A stretch of DNA of 64,000 nt from Rhynchopus sp. YZ270_cl-10 (taxonomy: Eukaryota). The stretch lies in assembly GCA_964035575.1 (NCBI GenBank), contig OZ037835.1, positions 248,001 through 312,000 on the forward strand, given 5' to 3'. Each line of letters starts with the position of its first letter. The stretch's first letter is position 1. Below, in pieces: positions 36,188-48,039 of this stretch. Under the pieces are notes generated by a model. It was not told where the DNA came from. It searched no databases and saw only the letters and a program-made list of their open reading frames with translations. Both the position numbers and the translations under genes were made by a program.

Positions 36188-38302
36188 TCATCGACCGGGA
36201 TCAACAAGATCTCTACCCAAGCAGGTTCGTGTCACACCACTCAATCCTGCAAAGTCGATGGAGGTCAACTTTGTACAGCTTGATAAAAATTCGTCTCCAC
36301 GGTTAGTGACGCTGCTCAAGCCTGCAAAGCTGATGGAGGTTAAAGACGTGCACCGTGCTAAGAAATGGTCTCCAAGGCTGGTGACATTGCCCAATCCTGC
36401 AAAATCGATGGAGGTTAACGACGTGCAACGTGCTAAGAAATGGTCTCCAAGGCTGGTGACACTGCTCAATCCTGCAAAGTCGATGGAGATTAACGACGTG
36501 CAACGTACTAAGAATTGGTACCCAAGACAGGTGACGCTGTCCAATCCTGCAAAGTCGATGGAGGTTAACGACGTGCAACCTGATAAGAAGTTGTTCCCAA
36601 GGCTTGTGACCCTGCCCAATCCTGCAAAGTTGATGGAGGTTAACGACGTGCAAGCAAATAAAAAGCGGTCCCCAAGGCTTGTGACACTGCCCAATCCTGC
36701 AAACTCGAATGAGGTTAACGAAGTACAACCTGCTAAGAAGCGATCCCCAAGGCTTGTGACGCTGTCCAATGCTGCAAAGTCGATTGAAGTTAACGACGTG
36801 CAATCTGCTACGAACTCGTCCCCGAGGTTTCTGACGCTGTCCAATCCTGCAAAGTCGATTGAGGTTAACGACGTGCAACCTGATAAGAAATTGTTCCCAA
36901 GGTATGTGGGACTGCCCAATCCTGCAAAGTCGATTGAAGTTAACGACGTGCAATCTGTTAAGAAGCGGTTCCCAAGGCTGGTGACACTGCTTAATCCTGC
37001 AAAGTCGATGCAGGTTAACGACGTGCAACCTGATAAGAAGTGGCCCCCAAGGCTTGCGACGCTGTCCAATGCTGCAAAGTTGGTGGAGGTTAACGACGTG
37101 CAATCTGATAAGAAGTTGTTCCCAAGGCTTCTGACACTTTCCAATCCTGCAAAGTCGATTGCGGTTAATGACGTGCAATCTGATAAGAAGCGGTTCCTAA
37201 GGCTGGTGACACCGCTCAATCCTGAAAAGTTAATGGAGGTTAACGACGTGCAACCTGATAAGAAGTGGCCCCCAAGGCTTGCGACGCTGTCCAATCCTGC
37301 AAAGTTGATGGAGGTTAACGACGTGCAATGTGATAAGAAGCGCTCCCTAAGGATTGTGACACTGCTCAATCCTGCCAAGTCGATGGAGGCTAAAGACGTG
37401 CAATATGATAAGAAGTGGCTCCCAAGTTCTGTGACGCTGCGCAAGCCTGCAAAGTTAATGGAAGTTAACGACGTGCAACCTGATAAGAAGTTGTTCCCAA
37501 GGCTTGTGACACTGTCCAATCCTGCAAAGTCGATTGAGGTTAACGCCGTGCAACCTGATAAGAAGTTGTTCCCAAGGTATGTGACGCTGTCCAATCCTGC
37601 AAAGTTGATGGAGGTTAACGCCTTGCAATCTGATAAGAAGTTATGCCGAAGCTTTCTGACCCTGCCCAATCCTGAAAAGCTGATTGAGGTTAACGACGTG
37701 CAACCTGATAAGAAGTAGTCCCCAACGCTTGTGACGCTGCTCAATCCTGCAAAGGAAGTTGCAAGGAAGTTGAATGGCTCAAAAGTGCGCAATGACGTGC
37801 AGTTGTGCAGGAAGTACGCACCTATTGTCGTGACGTTGCGCAACCCAGACAAATTTATTGATTCCAATGATGAACATTTATATAAGAAGTAGTCATCAAT
37901 CGCAGTAACAGCCAACGGGGCACTCAGATCAAGGCTACGTAAATTGGTGTGTGCGAGGAACCTGTTCGGAATCGCAGTTACAACTTCTGCCTGCAGAAAC
38001 AACTGCGCTACCGTGGGGTCTTCTACACGTGCAAGTCTCTCTGGTGTGAGGTCTGTCTCACCCAATGCACGAAGAGCTGCAATTGATTGTTGCTTCTTGG
38101 TCTGCGTCAACAGGACTGTGTCGCCAGCACTCAGCGCTGTGATGTTGATGTCCTCTCCTTCGTCGTTCCCTCCGAAGTCCAGGTCAAATTCAGCCAACCC
38201 CGCTGCAGTTGCTACCTTCCGCCGCAGGTCCTTCGCTGTGTCATCCACATCCACCTCGACGACGTACGTCCGACCATCAAATCCCTCAATGTTGAGCTCC
38301 AT
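36188..38302 (-). CDS. UBL + long LRR array protein (704 aa), FAGL-type repeats
   Basis: Start placed at MELNIEGFDG (ATG 38302) by homology with paralogs; more than 20 repeats of FLxxCTSLTSIxFAGLxxVTxL; no NLS or CaaX tail. Confidence 0.9.
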   Translation of the reverse strand: MELNIEGFDGRTYVVEVDVDDTAKDLRRKVATAAGLAEFDLDFGGNDEGEDINITALSAGDTVLLTQTKKQQSIAALRALGETDLTPERLARVEDPTVAQLFLQAEVVTAIPNRFLAHTNLRSLDLSAPLAVTAIDDYFLYKCSSLESINLSGLRNVTTIGAYFLHNCTSLRTFEPFNFLATSFAGLSSVTSVGDYFLSGCTSLTSISFSGLGRVRKLRHNFLSDCKALTSINFAGLDSVTYLGNNFLSGCTALTSIDFAGLDSVTSLGNNFLSGCTSLTSINFAGLRSVTELGSHFLSYCTSLASIDLAGLSSVTILRERFLSHCTSLTSINFAGLDSVASLGGHFLSGCTSLTSINFSGLSGVTSLRNRFLSDCTSLTAIDFAGLESVRSLGNNFLSDCTSLTSTNFAALDSVASLGGHFLSGCTSLTCIDFAGLSSVTSLGNRFLTDCTSLTSIDFAGLGSPTYLGNNFLSGCTSLTSIDFAGLDSVRNLGDEFVADCTSLTSIDFAALDSVTSLGDRFLAGCTSLTSFEFAGLGSVTSLGDRFLFACTSLTSINFAGLGRVTSLGNNFLSGCTSLTSIDFAGLDSVTCLGYQFLVRCTSLISIDFAGLSSVTSLGDHFLARCTSLTSIDFAGLGNVTSLGDHFLARCTSLTSISFAGLSSVTNRGDEFLSSCTKLTSIDFAGLSGVTRTCLGRDLVDPGR

Positions 38303-39001
38303 TGGTGTTTTGTGTGTTTTCTGTTGTGGGAGTGGAGTGGTGCAAAACATAGCAAATGATGGTCTATCCATCCCCTGACCACTGTCGCAGTGTTCGCTGT
38401 GCTGCTCGACATTGCGTCGCTCAGAGGTGTGCGTATGTCCATGACATCCCATGTACTGCGCAAACCCGCAAACCCGCAAACTTTGCGGGTTTACGGGTTT
38501 GTGGGTCTGCCTACGTGCCGGATTACCACGCATTTTTCCTTGAATCAAAGTCTTCAAGAAAAAAAGACCAGGAAGCATCCAAGCCAATATCGTCAACGCT
38601 AACCTCAAGCTGCTCTTGGACATCGAAACTGTAAATCGTAACAAGGTTCTGTTTCGGACGATGATACCTCATCACAAGTATCATATCTCGAAAACCAAAA
38701 AGCTTCAGGCGTTTGAATCATTTCCCATCAAAGCCTTAATACAACAACAACATGCTTGTATCAGTGTACACACGCCAGGATGCAAAGAACTGTGCATAAA
38801 AAACATCGCCAGTTTGTTTTTTACTCTCGTTCTTTGTAGTTTTGAGGATTGGGGGAAAAAAATAAAATAATGGTCAATAGTGAACGTTACAACACCACAA
38901 GGGACATCATAAGTTTCTTGTTTTCAGTAGAGGAGCAAAGTGCAACGTGAAATGTAAAATTCGTTCAATGAGCGCCTAGCTTCTCGAAAGATGCACATGC
39001 C

Positions 39002-39916
39002 TCACATGCACACACATTGACACTTGCGGTCATTGTTATGTACATAGTCCGACACAACTCTGCTCGATCCGGTGACGTTGATGCTGCTTTTAGGTATTTT
39101 GCATCCTTTCAAGAAGTCAGTCTCAAAGTGCGTCACACTCGTCCACCCAGACAGGTCAAGTGTTTTCAATGCGTTGCAGTTGTTCAGGAAGCAGCCCTCT
39201 ATGTGCGTCACATTGTTCCACCCAGAAATATGTAGTGTGGCCAACGCGGTGCAGTCTGATAGGAAGTGCTTCGTGATGTGCGACACATTGGTCCACCCAG
39301 AAATATCTAATGCGGCCAACGACCTGCAGTTGTAGAGGAAGCAGTACCCAACGTGCGTCACATTGTTCCACCCAGACAAGTCAAGGGTGGTCAATGAGGT
39401 GCAGTCCGCGAGGAAGTATTCTGAAATTTCTGTAACATGCTTCCACCCAGATAAATCAACAGTGTGCAGTGAGGTGCAGTAGGATAAGAAGTTGTAGCCA
39501 ATGGCAGTCACACCTGACGCACCACTGAGATCAAGTTGTTCGAAAATGCCACCTCGCAAGAAGTAATGGGGTATCTCAGTCACAACTTCTGCCTGCAGAA
39601 ACAAATGAACCAGCTTGGGATCTGCAAGACCTTCGAACCTCTCTCTTGTCAGCCTTGTCTCACCCAAGTCACGAAGAGCTGCAATGGCGTCGTCCTTCTG
39701 CGACTTCGTCTTCTTCGTCAGCACAACTGTGTCCCCAGCACTCAGCTGCGTGATGTGGTCTTCAGCCAGCACCTTCCCTCCGAAGCTAATGTCAAAGCCG
39801 TCTTCGCGCAACTCTGCTGCAGACGCCACCTTCCGCCGTATGTCCGCAGTTGTATCATCCACACCCACATCGACTGTGTACTTCTCTCCGTCAAAGCTCT
39901 CCACACATATTTCCAT
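39002..39916 (-). CDS. UBL-LRR protein with CaaX tail (RKCQCVCM), 304 aa
   Basis: UBL nearly identical to 11936-13210; LSGW-type LRRs; terminal CVCM. Confidence 0.92.
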   Translation of the reverse strand: MEICVESFDGEKYTVDVGVDDTTADIRRKVASAAELREDGFDISFGGKVLAEDHITQLSAGDTVVLTKKTKSQKDDAIAALRDLGETRLTRERFEGLADPKLVHLFLQAEVVTEIPHYFLRGGIFEQLDLSGASGVTAIGYNFLSYCTSLHTVDLSGWKHVTEISEYFLADCTSLTTLDLSGWNNVTHVGYCFLYNCRSLAALDISGWTNVSHITKHFLSDCTALATLHISGWNNVTHIEGCFLNNCNALKTLDLSGWTSVTHFETDFLKGCKIPKSSINVTGSSRVVSDYVHNNDRKCQCVCM

Positions 39917-40330
39917 GGTTTTGTGTCTCTCTGTTTGCAGGTGTTTTCAATTGGGGGTAAGAGTACGCAAGAGACAACAAAGTTACAAGGGGAGAGGGCT
40001 TTTGTTTTGCTTTTGAAAACGCCGTTGTGTTAGTGTGGACACCCGAGGGTGTGCTCCAGATGTTAACTGTACAAAGGAACTGATGGGAATGCTGATGACT
40101 TGCCTAAAAATGCTGACTATTTTGGGTTGAAAAGCACACCACGATATTAGCAGAATTTATGCACTGTGGAACAGTGTAATGCACAAGAATCTCGCAAGAT
40201 CCAATCTTTGCATATTTTCATCAATACTGAAAAGACCTCTGATTTGTGAACTAAACACAGACCTCATCCCTATGGCCTATCCCCTCTTTACCTTCCCGTA
40301 AAGAAATGCACCAATGAAATAACGAGAAAC

Positions 40331-40732
40331 ACCATGACCATGACCATGACCATGACCATGACCATGACCATGACCATGACCATGACCATGACCATGACCA
40401 TGACCATGACCATGACCATGACCATGACCATGACCATGACCATGACCATGACCATGACCATGACCATGACCATGACCATGACCATGACCATGACCATGAC
40501 CATGACCATGACCATGACCATGACCATGACCATGACCATGACCATGACCATGACCATGACCATGACCATGACCATGACCATGACCATGACCATGACCATG
40601 ACCATGACCATGACCATGACCATGACCATGACCATGACCATGACCATGACCATGACCATGACCATGACCATGACCATGACCATGACCATGACCATGACCA
40701 TGACCATGACCATGACCATGACCATGACCATG
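40331..40732. repeat. Hexamer satellite (ACCATG) x67
   Basis: Direct reading, perfect array. Confidence 0.98.
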
Positions 40733-41385
40733 GAAAGCTCGTGTGGTATGTGGGTTCTCGAGTTTACGGGTTGTGTTCAACCCAGCACGCTCGTGGGTTT
40801 TATATGGTACGCAGGCTGACCAGAACCCCGAGAACCCACATAAAACCCACGAGCATGCTGGGTGAACTGCAAACCCGAGAACCCGCAAACCCACATACAA
40901 CATGAGTGTGCTTGTCAGCCAGACACTGCCACGAGAACACAACCACAATTGCCTGGGTCTGAACTGTCTTTATCAAAACGTTTTGGGACCACTGTCCAAA
41001 AACCACACTTAGTGGGCCAGACTGTCCTTATCCCTAGGAAAGCATTTTGTCTACCCTTACGGAAAAGCAACGATAAAAGACCACACAATCAGGCCATATT
41101 GCAGCTGAAGTGCATACTGCATGATACATTAGTTAAAACAAAAATTGATAGAATAAAAGGGGGACGTGTGCATTCAGCAAGAACTTTGCTTTTCTGTTGG
41201 AAAACAGAAACCAAAACATTGATGCGGGGAAAGACAATTTATTTTTAAAATTTTAAAAAAAAAAACCTCCCCAACAATATTTAGTGAAAAAAAAAACCCT
41301 CCTTTCGCTGTTTAGAATCAACAGAGGCGTAAAGGTTTTAGAATTTGACATCCTACTTACTAGCATTGCCGGCTGACGCACCCGG

Positions 41386-43977
41386 CTAGTGCATGTCCAC
41401 AACCTCTGGTACGTAGGCCTTCTCCTGCACGTACCTGATGAGCTCTTCGTACTGCCCACGTTGGTCAGCAGCCACACCCTCAAGCAGAGCAGAAGCCTGT
41501 CCAAAGTCCTGTTTGATGATGTTCTCAAAAGCTTCGGTCCACAGCGCATGAGGGTTGTTTGCTGCCGACTCCAGCTGGTACATCCACTCCTCGTTCGCCA
41601 CACTGCACAAACCCTTCACAGCGTACACAACCTGTGCCTTGTCACTCAGCTTTGCGAACAGCACCGCACCTGCACAACGCAGTACCACTTGTCCCTCCAC
41701 CTCACGTGACACAGCACGATCAATGACACCAGGCAGGTTGTGCTTCTTGTTCCAACGCTCAAGCACAACCACCCACGACATGGACTGTGCAAGAATCGAC
41801 ACCTTCTTCATCCCGTTGCAGCCCATGTTCCCGACACGTGCCTCGCCTGTCGTGCACCCGTACGAGATCTTGTGCACATCACCAAGTGCTGTTGCTGCTT
41901 CATGTGCAGACTTCACACAGGCAGCACGGTGTGAAGTGCTCGGAACAAAGGCGTTGAAGGTGGCAAGCATCTTGTCCCCTGCGAACGTGTCGCACACACC
42001 TTTGTTGTGCTGCACTGCCACCAGGATCCTCTCCATCACACCACCGTGTGCAGCGAGAACTTCTTCGTCTTTGCGGTTCTTGCAGAAGTCATGCCACGAC
42101 ACGACGTTCATGTGTGCCAGCGACACCTTCTTCTTCTTCAGACCCTCCACACGCAGCAGTGCCTTCTGTGTCTGCATCACCTCTTCGGAACTTTGCGCGT
42201 GCGACAAGGCAGACTGAGAGTTGGAAACCCGTGTGGCCGAGTCTGTGCCAGAGACTTCTTCGCTCTGTTCACTGTCGTTGACAAGCACACTCTGCGGCAT
42301 GTAGTTCCGGTACTCCACCAGGTTCGCCACCATGGTAACAAAGCTGCGCTGCATCATCCCCACTTCACTCAGCTGCGACACTGCACGGCCCGTGTCCACA
42401 GCCTCCAGGTCCATCACAGCCACACTTGCCATCTCACTCCCAAGCCTCAGCAGAGGGGACGTGATGTAGCGTGTGAACACAACAGCAACGGCCAGGAGTA
42501 CCGTGATCGCAATGACTGTGACAACCACCATCACAATCACCGCATCCTCCTTCTGTGCGTCTGCAGAGGACAGATCTGATGCCACCTTCGCACGGATTGC
42601 ATTCGTCGACGCATCAATTGTCTCCATCACAGACGCCCTCGGCACAAGAAGGTTGGCAAAAAATTTAATCGTTTTGTGTTCAATTGTCGACGTGATTGTC
42701 CAGAACTCCGTGCCGTTCGAGTCAGACCACTTCAGGAAGGAGTCCTCTGTCTTCTCCGCAAGGTCTCTGTAGTTCTGTGGGTGTGTGAACACAAACCGTC
42801 CGTGCTCTGCAATCACTGAGGGGATGTGCGACGTGGCGTCTTCCATTGAGTGGTTCGTTATGTTGAAGCCAACCGCAATGTCAAGCATGCCCAGTTCGGT
42901 TAGCGTGGGCACCGTCCAAAGCAGCCGTCCTCTGTTGTACGCGACAACTGTCCCCACTGAGCCCGATGCACGGTCCTCCTCCACCAGGTACAGAGAAGTG
43001 TCCGTCGGGAGCAGCTGTGCACGCACTGCGTCGGTCACCCCGTCCGCAGTCACCATCGCTGCGATAACACCCACACGCTTGCCCTGCTTGGGGTACATCG
43101 TGTACATATCTGGGTGGGTGTAGGTGTAGCTCAGCTCCCATAACATGATGCCCCACTGAAGTTGCATGTGTGTGTAGACAAGCGTATCTGCAGGGTTCAG
43201 TGGTGGCTCGTCGGCACCCAGGTAGTACATCTGTCTCCCACGCTGGGCAGCTGACGCGTCGCCCGAAACCGATTCAGTCACCGTTTGGGGGAACAGGCAC
43301 ATCCCGATTACCTCACCCTTCTCGTAGTCAGGACCCATGGTGCATGGCTCAGAGCTGTACTTGATGTTTCCCAGCGGGTCGACTTCCGTGAAGAGCACCC
43401 AGTCACTCAGTCCATACGACATCGTTATGTGGTCACGTGTCTCGAACCCTGCAAAGATTGTGGTGCCATTAGGCAGAGATTGATTGGCAAAAAACGAGAA
43501 CTGCGAGCCCCACCCTGCAAACCCGTCACCCCTCTTCCACGGAACAGGATGTGCCGCACACCACGGGTACGTTTCGTGAGTCATCTGGAAAACCCCAGAC
43601 GCCAACCCAGGCACAAAAGCAGACAAGACTGCAGGACGCATTACTGAACCAAAGTCGGGGCTCGTGCTGACGTTTGGGTGGTGTGCCTTCGCCAGGGTGG
43701 CCAGCGTCACCACAAGCTGCTCAGGCACCTTCAGGTACTCCTTCACCGCTGTGTCCACGTTGCCAAGGACGGAGCGCAGGTAGCGTGCTGAGACTGTTTC
43801 GATGTCTGTGGTACCACTGTCGAGACACATCCCAAAGCCCTCGTCACCTGTGTCACGTGCCTTCTCCAGAAGGTCGTCCCATGTTGTCAGAGTGAAGCCA
43901 CCGATGATCGCACCTGTCGACAGAATCAGCACCACACACAACAGCACTGTCAGCGACTGGATGCCGCATGACACCAT
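41386..43977 (-). CDS. Receptor-type class III nucleotide cyclase-like protein (TM - ectodomain - TM - HAMP - degenerate cyclase), 863 aa
   Basis: Two TM helices; HAMP ITSPLLRL...SEVGMMQRSF..M; YRNYMPQSV linker; cyclase motifs CDTFAGDKMLATFNA and TGEARVGNMG. Confidence 0.88.
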   Translation of the reverse strand: MVSCGIQSLTVLLCVVLILSTGAIIGGFTLTTWDDLLEKARDTGDEGFGMCLDSGTTDIETVSARYLRSVLGNVDTAVKEYLKVPEQLVVTLATLAKAHHPNVSTSPDFGSVMRPAVLSAFVPGLASGVFQMTHETYPWCAAHPVPWKRGDGFAGWGSQFSFFANQSLPNGTTIFAGFETRDHITMSYGLSDWVLFTEVDPLGNIKYSSEPCTMGPDYEKGEVIGMCLFPQTVTESVSGDASAAQRGRQMYYLGADEPPLNPADTLVYTHMQLQWGIMLWELSYTYTHPDMYTMYPKQGKRVGVIAAMVTADGVTDAVRAQLLPTDTSLYLVEEDRASGSVGTVVAYNRGRLLWTVPTLTELGMLDIAVGFNITNHSMEDATSHIPSVIAEHGRFVFTHPQNYRDLAEKTEDSFLKWSDSNGTEFWTITSTIEHKTIKFFANLLVPRASVMETIDASTNAIRAKVASDLSSADAQKEDAVIVMVVVTVIAITVLLAVAVVFTRYITSPLLRLGSEMASVAVMDLEAVDTGRAVSQLSEVGMMQRSFVTMVANLVEYRNYMPQSVLVNDSEQSEEVSGTDSATRVSNSQSALSHAQSSEEVMQTQKALLRVEGLKKKKVSLAHMNVVSWHDFCKNRKDEEVLAAHGGVMERILVAVQHNKGVCDTFAGDKMLATFNAFVPSTSHRAACVKSAHEAATALGDVHKISYGCTTGEARVGNMGCNGMKKVSILAQSMSWVVVLERWNKKHNLPGVIDRAVSREVEGQVVLRCAGAVLFAKLSDKAQVVYAVKGLCSVANEEWMYQLESAANNPHALWTEAFENIIKQDFGQASALLEGVAADQRGQYEELIRYVQEKAYVPEVVDMH

Positions 43978-44425
43978 TGTGCAGAGGGGAAGAGTGTCCG
44001 TCTGGGGATGTGTGGTGTGGTTTGATAACTAATTTAGAGCAGGAAACGTCTGAACGAACAATAGCCCACTCTTTTGTGGGTTTTTGTATTTTGGAGCTTT
44101 CACGGTCGTCGTGACTTCCATGCGTAGCAGCCACTTCGGCCTGGCAGGGTGGATTCTGCTCCCACATCACAAACACATCTCTGTGGTCTGTGAAGTATTC
44201 ACCACCCGCATGCACGTGAGTACTGACTCTGTATCACTCGGTTCATTACGGGGTTTATGTATCACGCATGAAAATACATTGTCTGGCGACGTGACCGCAA
44301 AATTGGGTGAAATAAGATCGGCTGATAGGGTGGAATGATGTTGAACAAGCACGAAGTGCACATCGGATCGACACTGAATGGGGGAACTAGAAAAAGATTT
44401 TTGATAAAAACTAGCGAAATACAAA

Positions 44426-44864
44426 ACAAGTAATTGCTATCGGAAAAAAAACGGGGTGTGATGTGGAACTCCATCCTGTAGAAATAATCTACAACACACC
44501 CAGCATTCTGCTCTTCTGTAGGTATGCTAACGCTCTTCGTATACTGCCAGACCCACTGGGACGCCAGCATCTGAAACGTTCAAGAAGGGGGGCTGTCCTC
44601 TTCGTCCAGCACCATCTGCTCGATAGCGTTGTTGGACGTCGGCTCGGCAGGCTCGGCGTGTACCAGCTCGTTTTTGTCCACAGGCTCCCACATTGTCGTC
44701 GTCGTTGGAGCAGTGCGGAAGGAACACAGAATGCACAGACTACAACACATCGATCACACCAGGCGCATCAGCACCTCCAGCAAATCTCCAGGATGCTACG
44801 GTGGTTTCGAAAATCGCGCGGAGTTTTCCACAGCACACCCCGTTTTTTCGTAGCAATTACTTGT
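44426..44864. mobile_element. Second copy of the 440-bp inverted-repeat element
   Basis: Near-identical to 3157-3596. Confidence 0.7.
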
Positions 44865-44870
44865 CCTTGT

Positions 44871-46203
44871 GGAGGTACCCTAAATTGGTCAAAAATGGTA
44901 AAAATGGTAAAAATGGTAAAAATGGTAGGAATTTTGGGGGCTTTTTTAGGGGAAAAAAAGGGTGAGGGGAGTTGGGTCCAGTCATAGGGGGTATAGCATA
45001 TTTTTTGGAAAATTCTTCAAAAAATCAAGGATTTTTGCTGGGCACAATGAAAATTTTCAGAAAAATCCCAATTTTCGGCCAAATTTGGAGCAAATTATGG
45101 CCCACCCACCCCGATTTTGGGTCAAAAACCGACTTCATTTTTGCACAGGAGTGCCTACGATTTCGTAAACCAGAGGTCCTCTGGATGCATGCATTGATAA
45201 ACACAACACTGGAAATTGCAAGGAACGGGTCTGCATCTGCGTGTTCTCTAGCCACCACAGTCACAGGGTATGCACAAAATGACCGAAGTGCAATGGCGTG
45301 AACGAAGTGCAATGGCGATAATGGAAAGATAGATGCCGGCATTGGTGAATTGCTGGAGTTCTGCACAGGAAGCTAGCATGACGTAGAATCACTGTGTGAA
45401 CAAAATGACCGTATTTTGGTTGAAAATTTGACTTGAAAATTTTTTTCATAATTTGCCCAATCGAAGGTTTTCCTTGGATTTTTTGGGCCATTTTATGACG
45501 TACCACGCCCGATTTTGGGCGAAAAAAAAATTTTTTTTTTGGTCAAAAATCGCCTTGTATTACCACTGTATTGGTGTAGGCTTGTACACAGAAGTGTGTT
45601 TTGTGTAACCACAGATGGTCAAAACACCCGATTTTTGCATTTTTTTTGCATTTTTTGGTGCCCAAAGACCCACCTCAGTGGTCGAAATTTTCCCGAAAAA
45701 AAAAATTTTTTTTTTGAGATTTTTCGATTTTTCGACAAGGCGCTGGCCCATACAAAGTGCACTGGTGGTACAGAAAATGGCTGGGGAATAAACTCTAGAT
45801 GCTCAAAACAGCCCAATTCTTGCTTTTTTGGACTTTTTGGTCCCAGAAGGGTACCCAGGGTGTAGTGAGCAGGCCTCAAAAGCACTTGTGAAAAAAAAAA
45901 ATTTTTTTTTTTTTTGAGATTTTTCGATTTTTCGCTAAGGCGCTGGCCCATACAAAATGGCTGGGGTGGTACAAAAAATGGCTGGGGAATTGACTTTAGA
46001 GGCTCAAAACAGCCGATTTTGCGACCAATTTTGGCTGGGGAATTTCGGCACCACCTACCTGGGGAAAAAAACGCTAATTGGCGCGAATTTCATACCCTAA
46101 TCGTGTCGCGCCAATTCGCGCCAATTAGCGTTTTTTTTCGCGAAAAAACGGCTAAGTACAAAACGCGAATTGGGGCAACCAGGGCGAATATTAGGGTACC
46201 TCC
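44871..46203. mobile_element. 1333-bp TIR element, 13-bp TIR GGAGGTACCCTAA, 3-bp TSD TGT
   Basis: TGT|GGAGGTACCCTAA...TTAGGGTACCTCC|TGT; empty site at about 3597-3625; internal ~25-bp-arm hairpin near 46064-46138. Confidence 0.88.
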
Positions 46204-48039
46204 TGTTGCTATTGTTGTTTTCAACCACTTTTATTTTTCCTTCCTTCAAAACTACACACACAACGCTTTTTGGTTTTTGGAAGACACACAAGGTGCCGGG
46301 TTCTATGATAAGCACCACCCTGCACCTGTTTGTCATATATATTGTTTCCCGTGCAATACATGGGGAAACGTTTCGCGTCCAAACTAGTGTAAAGCTTTTT
46401 GATAAAAGTTAATGAAACACAAAAACCAAGCGCGTGTGGAAGAAAAAAGAAAAGAAAATATTTTTTCTGATTCAAAGTGGTGTTTACGTTTTGGGTACGG
46501 GGCGGAGAATAAAATCTGTTCGATAAAAGAAACGCAAGCTTTTTTGTTTTATCTTGTTCACTTCCTTCAACCCTTGTAGGGATCTCCCTTGTGGGGATTT
46601 GTTACTTTTTCGCGAAAACATGAAATTACACATTTCAAGAGAACAAATTAAAAAGGGTCCTTATTTGCATTTTTGGGATTCACCCGTGCAGTGGTGGGGT
46701 CAATCTCGAAAATTGGATAATTTTTTGACTACTTAAATTTTGAGAAATATGAGCCCGGTTGCTTATACGTGGGGCCCATTTTCAGCTAAAATTTTCCTCA
46801 AAATCTGGTTTTGTAAAATTGACCCTTTCCCCCCGGAAGTTTCCCCCCCCCACATCGATTTCAATACTATACCTTACTTCACCTACGGTTGCCCTTACAG
46901 GGGGGTGAAGGAAGGTAAGTTGAAAACCAGGGAGTGTGGGTGAGAACACCAAACCGATTCTCCACCCGAGAATACAAAAAAATGAGGGGAAAATAGTGAA
47001 AAAACGGCTTTTTTCAGGTTTTGGCCATTTTGGCAAAATAGCGGTTTTTCAAGCAAAAAAAAAAAAAACAAAAAATGGAATAATGTTTGACATCACAAAA
47101 CCTCCTTCATCCGAAAGAGCCCAATCATTTTCGGTCTGTTTTATTTCCTAACAAACTGTACACGTACCGCTTCGTGCGTTGTATGAAAAAAATTAAAGTG
47201 AAGTTATTAATGCAGGCACCTCCGACTGACCCACGTACGATGCCAGCCATCCGGATGAAAGCACAAGTACCCTGCGGCCAACAACAGAAGATGTAAAAAG
47301 GAAACCTAATGACTGGCCCGTACCGTAAGAGAACGAGGGCGGTTCACAACCGCTCGACAGCCGGCGGCCCACCTTCCGTTGAAGAGTTGTGAGCTTACAG
47401 GTACTGCAGTTCGCTGCACCCAACGCTTGGTGCACGATAGTCTACACAAGAGAGCAGAAACCCAAAAACACAAAAAGGGGTGGGCGGGGGGGGGGTGACC
47501 CGGATGTGGTTTTTGTCAGGGCGTTCGCCCCGGGGCGAAAAATATTTTTTTTCGTTAAAAAAATCTTTTCCTGAAAAAATGACATTTTATTTCGCCCCAG
47601 GGCTTCGCCCCACCGGGGCGAAACCCTGTATAAATAAATAAATAAATAAAAAAAGGGGGGGGGGGGGGAAAGAGAGAGAGAGAGAGATTTCTCCCCACCA
47701 CCCTGTAGACCCCCCCGGAGGGGGGGTCGCAGAGGGGTGTCCACTGTACTCAAAATCATCCGCAAACCCGCCTGCCGTGAGAGGAAGTTTCCCCAGCACT
47801 CCCGCTCGCTCCTCAATCCTGCAGTCTGCTGAAGGTGTACCGTACCCCCTGTTATAGAAGGTGTCACTGCTCGTGTCAACTCTATCTTCAATGGCAGAGA
47901 GTTGAAAATAATCAAAATAAGGATGAAGTCTCATATGACAGATGCCTCTCTCTTGTACATCTGTTTGATTAAACACCACAAAGAGGCCCTCAGTGAGGGG
48001 GGATTGATGAAATTCTCCATCGTTTTGCTGGTTTTAGTA

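Noticed and set aside
36258..37718. Long plus-strand repeat ORFs (also 14299-15369 and 12093-12638)
   Set aside because: Antisense shadows of LRR arrays; one stop-free 75-nt unit propagates through the array.
38303..38644. N-terminal extensions given by the ORF track (also 61563-61775 and the 59508 start)
   Set aside because: Paralogs start at the UBL Met, an acceptor-like CAG lies just upstream, and the 59508 ATG is inside the insertion.
40331..40732. Telomeric repeat
   Set aside because: The unit is ACCATG, not TTAGGG-like, and the array is internal.
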